A stretch of DNA of 63,892 bases, the filler included. It is 9 parts of 9 records of this genome, joined end to end, with 100 filler letters (N's around TTAATTAATTAA, not from the genome) between each part and the next. Parts side by side here need not be neighbours in the genome. Positions count along the whole stretch, not along the records: positions 1 to 16,496 come from SRR7504441_2656; 8 more parts are not named here. One strand, given 5' to 3'. Positions 1-12,300 of this stretch are shown piece by piece. A program made the translations under genes and the position numbers. Every line of letters starts with the position of its first letter. The stretch's first letter is position 1. The notes beneath the pieces are model-generated. The model was not told the DNA's origin, made no database searches, and saw only the letters and a list, made by a program, of their open reading frames with translations.

Positions 1-644
1 TCAGCCATCACCTGTGCGAACTCCCTGTAGTTGAACTTATCCCCGGCGATCGGAGTGCCCAGCTTGGCCAGGATCCGGTCAAACAGCGACTTCACTGCGC
101 CCTCGAACGGGCACATATCGTTGCCGTCGCCGACCTCCTTCATGATGGTCGAGTAGGGCACCGAGCCGCTGTTGGTGCTGCCGGCGGCTCAGCCATGCAG
201 GCGGGGGGCGCGGACCTATCCCAGGTGCGGAACACGTTCAGAATCTGCTCGTGCTGCACCGCCGTCAGCGCCGGCCGGCGCTGGCCTCACCGTCACTAGC
301 TCGTCGTCCTTGTAACGGATGAACGCGTCCCGGCAGCCGCGCTCGTCGAGTTGACCCTGGGGGCGGGGGCAGGGTCAGGCGGGGCCGGACGGGGCGGGGC
401 ACCCCTGAGCTCAGCTCGATCATTTGCTTCTTGGTGAGGTTGCACCCTGCGCCCGCCGGTGATGACGGCAGCCTGGGGGGGGCGCACCGAGTCCAAAGAG
501 GTAGAGCTGGAGCTCCGACGGGTTGAGTTTGCCGTCGTTGTCGGCGTCGCAGATCTTGAACGCCCGAGCGATCTCTTCCTCCTCCTCTCTGCCCGCACGC
601 TCAGTCCGCGCCTGGGCAGCCGCGCACGCAGTGAATTCAGGCAT
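1..644 (-). CDS. EF-hand protein (calmodulin/myosin light chain-like), 5 short introns, 3' end runs off the window
   Basis: Spliced reading MPEFT|AEEEEEIARAFKICDADNDGKLNPSEL...ILNVFRTWD|STNSGSV...KFNYREFAQ; canonical EF loop DADNDGKLNPSE; short GT-AG introns restore the frame. Confidence 0.8.
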
Positions 645-750
645 GGCTTCTTGCTTCGTCGACTGTAACGGCATTCTGATATCAACGGCTCCATCGGCGC
701 CTGGTCACCTCGTGTTTGGAACAGTGTCGGGGTCCCTTGGGGAGCCACCG

Positions 751-1900
751 ATGCCCGGCGGGTGCTGGCGTGCGGTGAGGCCTTACATTGAGCCGAGCTG
801 CCTGCTATCGGGCAAGGGCCTCTCCCTGCTGCTCTCGCTCTGCAGCCTGGCGGTCGGCTGCTACTTTCTCTCGGCCTCCAGCGACGACCTGAGAGACCAG
901 CTCCTATCCCAGTACGACCAGCAGGTCCTCCGCCCCGCCCGCCCCGCCCGAGGCCCGGGCGCAGGTGCAGCACTGGATCCAGACCGCCCGCCAACAGTTC
1001 GACGGCCTATCCGTCAGCGCAAGCTCCTGGTTGCTGCCCGGTCACAGCACGCCGCTGCCGGCCAACCAGAGCCTGGACCCGCTGCGGGACCACGTGCAGC
1101 ACGAGCTGCCCAGCTACCCACCGCTCAAGTGCCCCCAGGCCCCGGCCGCTGGCCAGCCCAGTCGACAGGTACTCGGCAGTCGGCCCAGTCTTTGGCGAAG
1201 TCTGGTGGGAGGCGGGCTCCACTCAGATGAACAGCACGCTGAGCTTCCGGGTGTCGAATGGGGCGGCGCCTGACTCGGTGATCGAGCTGCCTGGGCTCAG
1301 CCTGTACCACACGACAGTGCACCCATCAGCTAACCAGAAGAATTGCCGGTGCCCTCCCGCCTGCTACAGCCCACACAGCGGCCGGGCAGGTACCAGGTGC
1401 GCGGGTCTTGGCGGCTCAACCACTGCGAGACCTACCACCAGCTGAGCAGCGTGTGCGTGCAACTGTCACAGCAGCACGGGCTGTGGACTGCGGGCTCTGA
1501 GGAGCACCCAGGCAGGCTGGGCTGCAGCCCCGCGCAAGGGTGGGCTCCGAGCAAATACACGCGGCTGGTGGGCAGCATGCAAGGGTTCGGGCAGGGCGAG
1601 CCGCCGGTGGGCCGGCTCGACGGGCTTGATCGAGTCTGGCTAGTGATTCGGAGCGCAGATGACCCGTACACATTCGCAATGGCCCAGACGGCAGACTCGG
1701 GCGATTTCGGGTCCACGAGCAAGGAGCAGCTGGTGATTGGGCTGATCGGGCTCGGGTTTGGGCTGCTGCTGGCGCTGCCGGCGGTGGCGCACTGCTACAG
1801 CACGTGGAGGCTTAGGCACGAGCTGCATATGAGGGTGGAGGTGGCACGGGAGGGTGAGTGGGCCGAGCTGAGCAAGCTCAGACAATCGGACAACCTCTGA
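751..1900 (+). CDS. Hypothetical two-TM membrane protein, several short introns
   Basis: ATG at 751; hydrophobic segments GLSLLLSLCSLAVGCYFL and LVIGLIGLGFGLLLALPAVA flank a Cys-containing loop; ORF pieces join across short GT-AG introns. Confidence 0.55.
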
Positions 1901-2495
1901 CTTGAACATAGCGATAGAGTTGATAGCACTCAAGCAGCGAACTAGACGTCTCTTACAATAGGGAGTCTCGGGAGTTTGCTAGTAGAAAGTAAAGTTCTAG
2001 AGTAGCTTCGTACGCCTCCATCTGGTTGCCGCTTCGCTCACTCAAGTCGTATGCACAAATTCTTCCTGGTCATGTATGGTGGTGTATGGGTCACTCACAC
2101 TTGTCCACGGTGCCTGCGCAAGAAGGACGGCAGGATAATTAATACTCGTATGCCGGCGGCGGATGTCACAATATTAAATATATTCAGCCATTTACCTGTG
2201 GCCTGAGCAAGCTTGCTATCATATAGAGTAAGTAACTAAGATACGAATGAAGTGTTTACGCCGTACCATTAAGCGTTTGGATCATGTGCATAGCTATGTA
2301 CGACAGTTTGAGTACTCGTAGCGCTTCGATCATTCAACTACCGACCCTCATAATTCAATTCGAAAGAACATCTATCGAGAGCGAGCATTCACAAGGTGCT
2401 GGCTGGGGTCTAGATGGATCCAGCTGGCATCGCGAGTTCTGGCAGCGGGCCCCACTGGCCCAGCAGCCACCACTCAGGGGGGCCAACGCACAGCC

Positions 2496-2982
2496 TCAGC
2501 GCAGCAGCGGATTCGGTGGATCCTCTGGCATGCCGCCACCCTGATCCGCCCCACGCCGGCCTCGGCCTTTACCGCGGCCTCTCCCCCGGCCCTTGCCCCC
2601 CCGGCCACGCGCCCTGCGCGCAGCTATCAGGCCCAGCACTGCGCGCAGATCTACCGGCCACGGCCCTTGCCCTTGCCCTTGCCGCCTGATTGCTTCTGCT
2701 TGGCGGACACGTCGTCGAGCGACATGTCCAAACAAGCCATCGGGTCGTCGTCCTGCTCCATCGCCTTCTTCTTCCCGCCGGCCGGCCTGTCGATCCTCAC
2801 CCTCGCGCTGGCCCGGCCTGGCACCGCGCGTAGGGCGCCTGCTGCTGCCGTCGCTGCCGGCGTCCGGCACCGGTCTTTTTCATGGCCTGGCAGGTGGTCA
2901 AGGCCCAGAGCGGCTGGCCCCAGCGCGCCTTGCCGCAGTCGTCCAGCGACATATCCAACATTGTCTCCGTGGTATCTGCCAT
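2496..2982 (-). CDS. Small RGG-rich protein with two LDMSLDD (ALYREF-type UAP56-binding-like) motifs
   Basis: Spliced reading MADTTETMLDMSLDD...PMACLDMSLDDVSAKQKQSGGKGKGKG...RGRGGKGRGRGRGKGRGRRG; 3' end uncertain. Confidence 0.6.
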
Positions 2983-3031
2983 GGCCCCGAGCGTGTGCGT
3001 AACGGATCCGCTCGGAGCGCGAAGAACATCA

Positions 3032-4908
3032 ATGCTTCTGCTGCTGCTACCTCTCGCCCTGCCGGCCCTGGTCCTTGCCTGCTCCCCGCAGACCGTCGGC
3101 AACGGCCTCGACGTCCCGGGGCACGACCTGCGCCAGGCGCCCACCCCGACCCAAGCTGCCTGCGGGGCCGCCTGCTGCGCTGACCCCAAGTGCGCGGGCG
3201 CGCTCTTCGAGCCGCAGTCGGCCGTCACCTACGGCGGCTGCACCAAAGGCCAGCCCTGCTGCTTCCTCAAAACCTCGGTCGCCCACCATGTGCCCTCGGC
3301 CGTCGGCACCGCCACGCTCCTGACTATCCCAGGAAGGGACCAGGACGATGAGAAGCTCAACTTTGTCTCGGCCACCCTCGGCTCCCACATGGTCCTCCAG
3401 CGGGCGCCTGCCGCGGCCCTCCTCTGGGGACACACAGCCCCGGGCGCCCTCGTCACCACAACCATGACCTCCAGCGGGCCGGCGGACAGCCCCCCCCCCC
3501 CCAAACCTTCAACTGCACCGCCGGTGCCGACGGCACATGGCGCCAGTCGCTCCCGCCTACACCGGGGTCTGCCGACACGGCCTACACGTTTACGATCGCC
3601 TCGTCCAACTCGACGGCCGAGCGGGCTACCCTGTCGGACGTGCTGTTTGGCGAAGTCTTTCTCTGCGGAGGTCAATCGAATATGGAATTTGGCGTCCCCG
3701 CAGTGGCCAACACTACCGCAGAGAGGCAGCGGGCCAACCATTTCCCGTCGATCCGGCTCTTCACGGTCGGGCACGCCACCCAGTCTGCCAGCCCGCTCAA
3801 GGACCTTCAAACCGTCTGGCGGCCTTGGGCTGTGGCCTCCAATGAGACAGTTGCCCGCGACTACGGGCCGGGCCACACGCTCTTCTCCACCTTCTCGGCG
3901 GTCTGCTGGTTCTTCGGCCAAGAGATCAGCCAAAATCTGGCAAACGGAAACGAGGTTGTGCCCGTGGGACTGATTTCCAACAACCAAGGCGGCACCAAGC
4001 TGGAGGTGTGGACGCCAGCAACCTCCTTTGGGCCGTGCAATCGCTCCTCCGAGGCGGTCAACGGGCCAATGTGGAACGCGATGATTCTGCCGTACGCGCA
4101 CGGGCCGATGGCGATCGCCGGTTTTGCGTGGTATCAGGGTGAGGCTAACACGGCGTCGGCCCAGTCCGCCCAAGAGTATGCGTGCCTGTTTCCGCAGACG
4201 ATCCGAAGCTGGCGGGAGGCGTTCGGGCAGCCCAACGCGTGGTTTGGCTTCGTCCAGCTCTCGACCTGGTGCGCGCTGCCGCCGCTGTCGTTGCCGGAGA
4301 TGCGTGAGGCACAGATGGCCGCAGCGACCTTGCCCAATGTAGGTTGGGCAACCAACGCGGACCATGGCATGGGCTGCAATATCCACCCTGCAGAGAAGCA
4401 ATATATTGGGCGGCGGCTTGGGCGAGCTGCTGTGGCCGTGATCAAGCAGGAGGAGGGCAACGGCGAGCAAGTGCTGGCCTGGCGCTCGCCGAGGTATGTC
4501 GGGGCAATCGTTGAAGGCGGTGCCAGCGTGCGTGTGACCCTGCAGGATGTGGGGGCGGGGGGGCTGGAGCTGCGGCATCCATCCAACTACCGTTCGGCGA
4601 GCTACGGAGATCCCGGGGTGGGTCCTGCCACAATTGTGGACTGCCTGCACGGGACATTCCCGATCAACGCGACATACAACGAATCGATGCTCACTCAGTG
4701 CGCGTGGGCAGGCCTAGAAGTGGACGGAGCCTGGGTGAACGCGAGTGTGGCGGTGGACGGGAAGGAGATGGTGCTCACACCAGCATCTAATGGCGTCAGC
4801 GGTGGCAAGATCACGGCCAGCGCGTACGGTTGGGGTCCGATTCCCATGCTAAATTCGTACGATGCCACAACGGGCCTGCCGGTGTTGCCCTGGAACCACA
4901 CATTTTGA
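3032..4908 (+). CDS. Secreted sialate O-acetylesterase (SASA/SGNH family) with N-terminal PAN/apple-like domain; one-base frameshift in the C13 run at 3490-3502
   Basis: Signal peptide MLLLLLLPLALPALVLA; Cys pattern AACGAACCADPKC...CCFLK; SASA motifs HMVLQR, DVLFGEVFLCGGQSNM, WYQGEAN, NIHPAEKQYIGRRL. Confidence 0.85.
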
Positions 4909-5120
4909 TTATTAGTGCTGCGTGCACGTGGTTTCGCCACACCCTTTCTTCATTGTAGTTTTCGTGGACATGTATAGTCTAATGTTTACCTCTAAATGTG
5001 GGTTTACCTATAACTTGTAGAACGCTGTACTAGCTCACATCATGCCGATTTTAGAGTACCTAATTAATTAGGATCCCGAATCATCGGCTCCTAGAGCCTG
5101 GAAGCAGGAACAAGACGGGC

Positions 5121-7557
5121 CTACAACGGCAGGCCCTCCTTGTCAAACAGCGCGTCCGTTCCACTGTGTAGCATCTTCCTAAGTTCACAGTCACGCTCGT
5201 AGCTCTTCTTGACAACCTCAAGCAGCTTCTCGAGCCGGTACTGAGCCTGCCCCTTGAGCCTGGGCACCTCCTCATCACCAATGTCCTCCACCTGGCCAGT
5301 CGGGCGCAAGCACTGGATGTACGTCGCACACTCGACTGAGAATTGATGGTAGATGGCCAGAATGTCCTCCGCCTCCGCGGTCTGGTTCTCGTAGATCTCG
5401 TTCACCGCCCGGGTCACATAATGCTCCATCTCCCGCTTGTAGTGCTCCATCTTCTCGTTCACCTGCTTGATCCGATCGTCCACAATCAGCTTGTCGTGCG
5501 TCTCATCACACAGCTCCTTGGCCTCATTGTACCGCTCTTTCGCCAGGTCGAACCCAGGCGTCGCCTTCTTCTCGACCATCTTAACTGCAGTGTTCTTGAC
5601 AGCAATCCGCGCGTTCTCATCCTTGCACCCGGGCAGATGCTCGTCCACGTACTGCTGTACTGACACCATGTACGTCTCAGTATCGACGCACGTGTCCTTG
5701 TACACATACTCCCCATCACGCATCATCGCTTCCCGCTCCCACTGCTTGGCGCTCTTCGTAAGGCTCTCGTAAAGCTCCTTGCGGTACTTGACAGGAAGCT
5801 TGTCCGACTTCTTCATTGCCGTGGTGCACGCCTCAACTCGGTCCTGGCACGGGTTGCCGGGCAGCTCCTGGAACTTGTTGATGGCCTGCTCGTACAGCTT
5901 GTGCGCCTCCTGGAAATGCTCCTCGGCTGGGTCATACACCGACGTGACCGCTGTGGCGATCACATCGTGGATCTTGTCCTTCTCCCGCCAGCCAATCGTG
6001 TCAAACTGGACAACAGTCTCGTTGTACACCTGGTCCGAGTGCTCCTTGGTCTCCCGGCTATACTTGGCGCTCAGCGCGTTTGCTTCCGTGAAGAGCTTTT
6101 CGGCCTCAGCACGCGCGTCTGGTGCCACGTCTTTCTGGGTCTCCATGGCGTTCTTGATCGATGCCACGTACATGGTCACCAGCTCGTCCTCGATGTCGCC
6201 CTCAAAGTCCTCGGGTTCGAGCAGCGCCACCACGCCAAGGTCGTCAGACAGCTTCTTGAATGCGAGAGAAAGGTTGTCCTTGGAAGATCCAACAGGCAGC
6301 GAGCCTCCAAAGTGGCTGAGGGCCAGGCGGTCAGCCAGGCCACCAGCCGGCCACACCTGTCGTAGAGCGCCAGGAAGGCGGTGCCGTCGGCCCAGTCGTC
6401 GTGGAAGTTGTTGATGTTCTTGTGCTTGGCGCACCGAGGCTTGGCCCACTCGAGCAACGCCGACTTGCCACCTGAACACACAGGCTGAGCGAGCTAGCCA
6501 GGGTCTGGGCGCACCTTCGTTGTCGTACTTCATCTGCAGCTTGTGGATCAGATTGAGCAGCGTCTTGAGCTGAGGGTGGTTGCCCCAGATATTGACCTAC
6601 CGCCGCTCGCCGCCGCCGCGGCTGGGCGCTCGCACCGCGTTGATGCCTCCAAGGTCGATATTTTCGGGGCCGGTCATGAAGTTCCACAGGTGGCTGTAGC
6701 TGGACGACACCACGAACCTGTTGTGCGGGTGCATGTCCACTTTTACCAGCGCAGGCTCCGCATCCGGCGTGAGGCATGTCAGCAGCTTCTTGAGCACTGT
6801 CCCATTGTAGAATTCAGCCAGCATATCGTCGATCTTGATCGGGTCGTACCCATTCCGCGTCAGTTTATCGTTCACCCACTTGCCGTAGGCCCGTTGGAAC
6901 GGTCCGATCTTCTCCTTGTTGTCCATCTCTGAGCTGAAGGTGTTGGTCGTTTTGGTCACAGTCCGCGCCTCGTTCTCGTACTTCTCCTTCAGCTGCCGGG
7001 CCCGCTCTTCCGCTTCCTGCCACCCCGGATCGCCCCAGCCGCGCCCGGCCTGCCCACCGCTTTCTCCCGCGCCTCTTGCTCCCGCTGCAGTGCGATCCGC
7101 TGCTTTGCGTCCGCCTCCTCCATCGCCTTCTTGCGGATCTCCTCCTCGCGCTGCTGGTGCAGCTGCTCGTCCAGCTCCCGCTGCGCCTTATCCTTGGCCT
7201 CGTTCGCCTTCCGCCGCTCGTACTCGGCCTGGTCGGCTGAGGTCTTCTGGGCGTCGGCCGCGGTGGGCGCATTCTTGTCGATCTTACCGATGGACCACTT
7301 GCCCGAGCCCGAGTTCTGGACCTCGGCCCAGATCGAGAGGAAGTCGGTGATTCCGGTCTTCCGGGTGTAGGTCTGCCGGCCTGGTTAGCTTTAGCGCAGG
7401 GCGGGCGCGCCTTGGTGTCCTCGCGTGACTGAAACACCATGTTGGTCTCCGGGCAGAGGAAGATGTGGTAGTGCCCGGGCTTGGGGTCCTCGGGGTCGAA
7501 GCCGGGCAGCTTGTTCAGCCACTGCTTGACCTTCTTCTCGTTCACCGTCATTGCCAT
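5121..7557 (-). CDS. Tandem calponin-homology (actin-binding) domain protein with charged helical N-region and helical C-region; multi-intron
   Basis: CH1 FQRAYGKWVNDKL...DDMLAEFYNGTVLKKLL...TLLNLIHKL; CH2 KSALLEWAK...NINNFHDDWADGTAFLALYD...NLSLAFKKLSDDLGVVALLEPED...VTMYVASI; GC-AG intron 7373-7410. Confidence 0.8.
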
Positions 7558-7703
7558 GGCTGCCGAGAGAGCCTGCTGCTGTCCGAGGCCTTACCGTTCA
7601 GCGATGCCGTTGGGCCAACCGCAAGATCCTTGCCTTTGGGTTGTTGTAAATAGCAGGGCACCCAGCAGCAGCCGTGTGCACCATCGCCCACACACAAGGC
7701 AAG

Positions 7704-8927
7704 ATGGTGGTGGCGCCGGCGATCGGGACCCCGCAGCAGGCCAGCCCGCCCTCGAGCCGGCCGATCACCCACGGCACCGACCTCTGGCGCCGCCGCCCGG
7801 CCCCCAAGCACCGCACGTGCACCGAGCTCCGCCGGGCCCGCCAGGAGCGCCCTTGCCCCAGCAGCCTGGCGGCCGCCGGCGGGGCCCCAGTGGTGCTGGC
7901 CCCGGCGCACCGGATCGACCACAACACCCGGCCCAAGACCGCGCTGCCCCCGGCCCAGCTGGCCGCCAGCTCTCGGATCGCGCTGCTCAATCGGCGCAAG
8001 CTGGCCAGGGCCACCGACCAGCAGGACAAGTACGATGCCTGGGCCGCCGCGCACCCGAAGCAGCCGGCCCGCCCGGCCTGGCCCGAGCCGTCAGGTCCAG
8101 CGCCCTCGCAGCCGGCCAGGCTGGTGCCCAAGCCGGCGGCTGTCCGGCCCAAGTCGGCGGGGCAACACCCTAAGAAAACGGCGCCGGCTATGGTGGGGCG
8201 TTCTTCGCTTACCACGCCAGCGGCCAAGCAGACGGGGGGCAAGACAGGGCGGCTGATGAGGGCAAGCAGCAAGAGGGAGAGCGAGGACGCGAGGCTTGTA
8301 CTCAACCCAAACCAAGTGGAGCACGGTAGGAACAACTACAAGACCAGCCTTGGAGTGATCCGGTCACGCGACTCGTCGTTTACAGACTACCAGCTGTATT
8401 TCGTGCTGTGCGATCAGCTCGAGAATCGGCCGGCGGACTCGCCGGGTGACAACGATCCAGTCTATTCGTGCTTTACGAGAAGCAAGCAGTTTGATCCCAA
8501 CACCTGGCTGGCCAAGGACTCGCCGTTCCGACAAGACCGCGGCCATCCGCCGGCTCCAAGGCTGACGCCGGCACCAGTCGACGATAGTGGCTCTGACTAC
8601 AGCGAGTTTGTGCCGGATGATTCGATGCTAGACGATGACCCAGACGTGCTACAGATGCCAGAGGGCACTAGCTGGGTGCCAGCACCGGGTTCGGGGACTG
8701 GGCTTGTGGAGCCACTGACAGCGGCAGATGAGCCGGTCGAACCTTCTCCGAACCGCGCTCGGTTTGGCATGCGGCCCACGTCAGCAGTAGAGGGCAATAG
8801 GTCGAGGGTGCTTTTACCTCCTGGCCCACTGTGGAAGAGACAACGGCCTGGCACGGCACAAGTGCGATCTGGGGCGTGGCAAAACATCAACTCCAAAGCT
8901 GAGAGTCCAGTGCCACGTGAGCTATGA
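7704..8927 (+). CDS. Hypothetical low-complexity Pro/Ala/Arg-rich protein
   Basis: About 407-codon ORF from ATG 7704, divergent from the CH gene and followed by an AT-rich 3' tract; no recognised domain. Confidence 0.5.
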   Translation: MVVAPAIGTPQQASPPSSRPITHGTDLWRRRPAPKHRTCTELRRARQERPCPSSLAAAGGAPVVLAPAHRIDHNTRPKTALPPAQLAASSRIALLNRRKLARATDQQDKYDAWAAAHPKQPARPAWPEPSGPAPSQPARLVPKPAAVRPKSAGQHPKKTAPAMVGRSSLTTPAAKQTGGKTGRLMRASSKRESEDARLVLNPNQVEHGRNNYKTSLGVIRSRDSSFTDYQLYFVLCDQLENRPADSPGDNDPVYSCFTRSKQFDPNTWLAKDSPFRQDRGHPPAPRLTPAPVDDSGSDYSEFVPDDSMLDDDPDVLQMPEGTSWVPAPGSGTGLVEPLTAADEPVEPSPNRARFGMRPTSAVEGNRSRVLLPPGPLWKRQRPGTAQVRSGAWQNINSKAESPVPREL

Positions 8928-9479
8928 GCCACCAAACATACAGTCATGAATGGTTACGATCGTTTGAGTGCCTCAGAATGCTAAAGTTGCGAAGCAGTTA
9001 GCTGGTTGCTCAACGCTAGCTAACTACTAGCTAACTGCTACCAGCTACCTGCATGTACTCTGGTTTCAAGTAGGTACTCATCATCTCTGAGCTGTCTCTA
9101 AGCCTCTATTAAGGAAGTAAACCGACCAGCTGCTTAATTTCTCGGCGATAAATCTGATTCTACGCAAGGCAATAGCTAATGACCTAATGTTATTAAAATA
9201 ATTGATCAATTGAATCACTTTATCGGACAATCGCACGTAAATGGTTTATGAAACCCTACGTCCCGACGTTCCAATAAATACTCTAAAGCGTGCCATCATT
9301 CGCCTATTGCTGAGTTCTGCCGCATCGTGCGCTAGCAAGAACCAAGGAAGGAGAACGAGAATAGCGACAGTTTGCCTGCCAAGCTTCTTCTTTCTCAGCT
9401 ACATGTCCAACGGCACCACCCTGCAGTCGTGAGTGATTGGGTGAAGCAAGCTTGCACTTTTGGGACCTTCCAACCCGCC

Positions 9480-10588
9480 TTACAGCGGAGCTTGGCAGAC
9501 GAGCCAATAATTGATGCTGAACAGCTCTTCACGCTCGCCTTGCACTAAGTCCTGGGCATATTGGTTCATGCGATCCATCGACTGCATCACGCTCGTGGAC
9601 ATCAACCCAATCTGGTTGAAGAACTGAATAATGGTGCCCAGGGGAGTAAAGTAGTCCGTCGCGGCTTGTGTCATGTCTGCTGCACCCAGCAGTGTGCTTT
9701 TCTTCAAGGTGAAGCCATTGGCTGTGCATGCATCTTCATACACTGTACGTGGCCTGAATGTGGTGACTACTGCAACTCGTTTCGCATTCGCCATCATTCT
9801 GTGCTGTGTCTGATTGGCCGGATCATACTTGTCCAATGAGACGATGGACAGATCCGAGAATATGCCCCCGGGCTTGAGAACTCGCCTGACCTCTTTCATC
9901 AAAGCCACAGGGTCGTGCACGTAGCAAATGGCCTGCATGATGTACACTGCATCAAACGAGTTGTCTTCGAACGGCAGCGGGTCGTTCATGCTTGCAACCT
10001 GAAAGTCCAGCAGCTTCCCCAATTTGCCGCTGCTCTTTGCGTGAGAGCGCGCGGTGGCGATTTGCTCTGGGGACACGTTGATACCGTGAACTTTGGCTCC
10101 TGTGTGCGCTTGAATGGTCTCGGCGATGTAACCCGATCCGCAGCCTATGTCGAGCACTTGCTGGCCTGGCTTGACTTTGAGCGTATCGCCGACCTGCTGC
10201 TCGAACAGCACTTGGTTGTGGTTGAGGTACTTGAAGCTCACTTTGTCACGGTCCATCACAGGAGGGATGTAGTACTTGGTCAACGACCCCAGCGCCATCA
10301 ACGGCACCAGCACCTGCCGCCGCTCAGCCCTCGGGAGGCAGCCGGCCGCACCTTGTACACAGCGTTCACTTTGGCTTCGTCGCCCTTGGCTTGCTTCGGG
10401 GAGTCGAACACATCGTAAGAGTCGAGGAACGCATCAAAGTCGGATTGATCGAACTTGAACAGCGTCTTCAGCGCGAGCCCGATCGTGCAGATGTGGTCGA
10501 ATTTGTCCTGGATCCCGCCGAGCCCGCCGAGCAGTGCAGCAACGAGCACCACTAGCGCGGGCACCAACAAGTATCGGAGCATGCCCAT
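9480..10588 (-). CDS. SAM-dependent methyltransferase, sterol methyltransferase-like, N-terminal hydrophobic anchor; one intron 10314-10351
   Basis: Motif I VLDIGCGSG, GINVSPEQI, LPFEDNSFDAVY, EVRRVLKPGG; a 38-nt GT-AG intron joins the two ORFs in frame. Confidence 0.75.
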
Positions 10589-10889
10589 CGATATGGCCTG
10601 ACGGAGCCGGCAGTAAGCGACTGAGCGGGCGGCCGGCTATGGCTAGCCGGCAGGGCGACGGCTGGGAGTGCGCGCATGCAGCACATCTAGAGGGCGGCGG
10701 CTCTCTAGTTGGGTGTTCAGACCATGTTCAGGCCCGGGGCTCAGGGGCTCGCTAGTTGGTCGTTGCGGGAGGCAGTCGGGGGAGAGGTGACTCAACGCGG
10801 GCCGGCAAGTCACCTAGTAGATCCTCTGTGCTATCCTCTCGCCGAGCGAGATGTGCTAACGGCCTCTCGCGCCTGGACACACACGGCTC

Positions 10890-12042
10890 ATGTCCAAGCG
10901 TGACGAGCCCACGGGCTCGTCAGTGGGCCGCAGGCGGTCCAAGCGGCTGGCCGTGTCCTCGAGCCCGGTGGGCCGGCTGGCTGGGCTGATCCACCAGTCC
11001 TCGTGCGTGGTCTTCGTCACCGGGGCCGGGATCTCCACTAACGCCCAGATCCGGGACTACCGCGGCCCTAGTGGCATCTGGACCGAAGCAGCCAAGGCGG
11101 GGCTCTCCGAGACCGAGGCCAGCCTGAACATGGTCTGGGACGACGGGCTGTACCAGTCCATCCCGGCCGCCTCGCCCACGCTGGTCCACCGGAGCATGGC
11201 GGCGCTGGTGCGCGCCGGGCTCGTGGTGTTTGTGGTGAGTCAGAACGAGGACGGACTCCACTTGAGGGCCGGGCACCCGCGCGAGCGAATCGCCGAGCTG
11301 CACGGTCCGGCCCCGGGCCGGCTGGCTGGACCGGGCGACAGGTAATGACTACATAGAGCTGTGCCGCGACTGCCGCGCCGAGGTGTTTCGAGACTTTGTG
11401 ACCTATTATAAAGAGACCTACAAGGCTGACAATCCGCTCGGACAGCACGTGACCGGCCGCCGCTGCCCCGGGTGCAGTGGGCCGTTGCTGGACACTGCTG
11501 TCAATTTCGGCGAGGCGCCGTGTGGCGAGCCTTGGGGCCACAATAAAGTGCACAACTTGGTGGCTGCGCTCGACGCGATGAGTTCGGCAGACCTGGTGGT
11601 GGCCTGGGGATCGTCACTCGGTGTGGTGGCCAACTATTTCGACCCGTGGTGCCGCCTGCGCTGGGCTGCCAACTGAGCTGATTGTAGGGATCCAAAGTCT
11701 AAATGGGCCAAGCCTCCGCCGCACGGGCCTAGAGAGAAGAACTTGGGCCGGTGCAGGTGGCTCGCCCAAGCCTGTCCGCGAGGCTGATTATGGGCCAGGC
11801 TGGCGATCGTCAACCAGGGCAAGGTGACGGACGAGGAGCTGGCCGAGCTCAAAATCAACGCCGATGTCGACCTGACGATGGCCGAGCTCTTGGCGGAGCT
11901 CGGTGTGGCTCAGCCGGACCCCTACTGCAGCCAGCAAGATCCGGTGCTACAGCTTGCTCGGCCACCACTGTCCGGAGAGCCCGCGGCTCCTTGGCGGATA
12001 ACCCCTACTGACAAACTTGATGAGAATGAAGGTGTCATTTGA
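10890..12042 (+). CDS. NAD-dependent sirtuin deacylase, class IV (SIRT6/SIRT7-like); short introns
   Basis: TGAGISTNAQIRDYRGPSGIWT, SQNEDGLH, ELHG|N across intron 11305-11341, CRDC and CPGC zinc ligands, GSSL, IVNQG. Confidence 0.88.
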
Positions 12043-12300
12043 GTCATTTGATAATCATATCTACTAATACGTAATTATTTGTGCGGTTTGTATGCGGTTT
12101 GTCTCTTGCTCTGTAGCGAGCTACTGGAGATAGCCTCTAACTTTCAGGCCGGCCCACCGATCGGACATAGATCGGACAGCCTCCGCGCAGCGCCGCCACC
12201 CACTTCTGTGTACGTCTGTGCGCGCCCCCCGCACATTTCGAGCCGAAAAATTCTTTTGACCCCCCCCCCCTCGAGGATCTCACCTATCAGAGATCTGTCC

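Noticed and set aside
448-487. Intron with complementary ends (GTGCGCCC...GGGCGCAG), suggesting introner elements
   Set aside because: GTGC/GCAG complementarity follows from the splice consensus in GC-rich DNA; the introns share no internal sequence and show no consistent target-site duplication.
296-8335. Many overlapping Arg/Pro/Gly-rich ORFs (e.g. 296-994, 3229-4650, 7598-8335)
   Set aside because: Expected in high-GC DNA; spliced models with recognisable motifs explain these regions.
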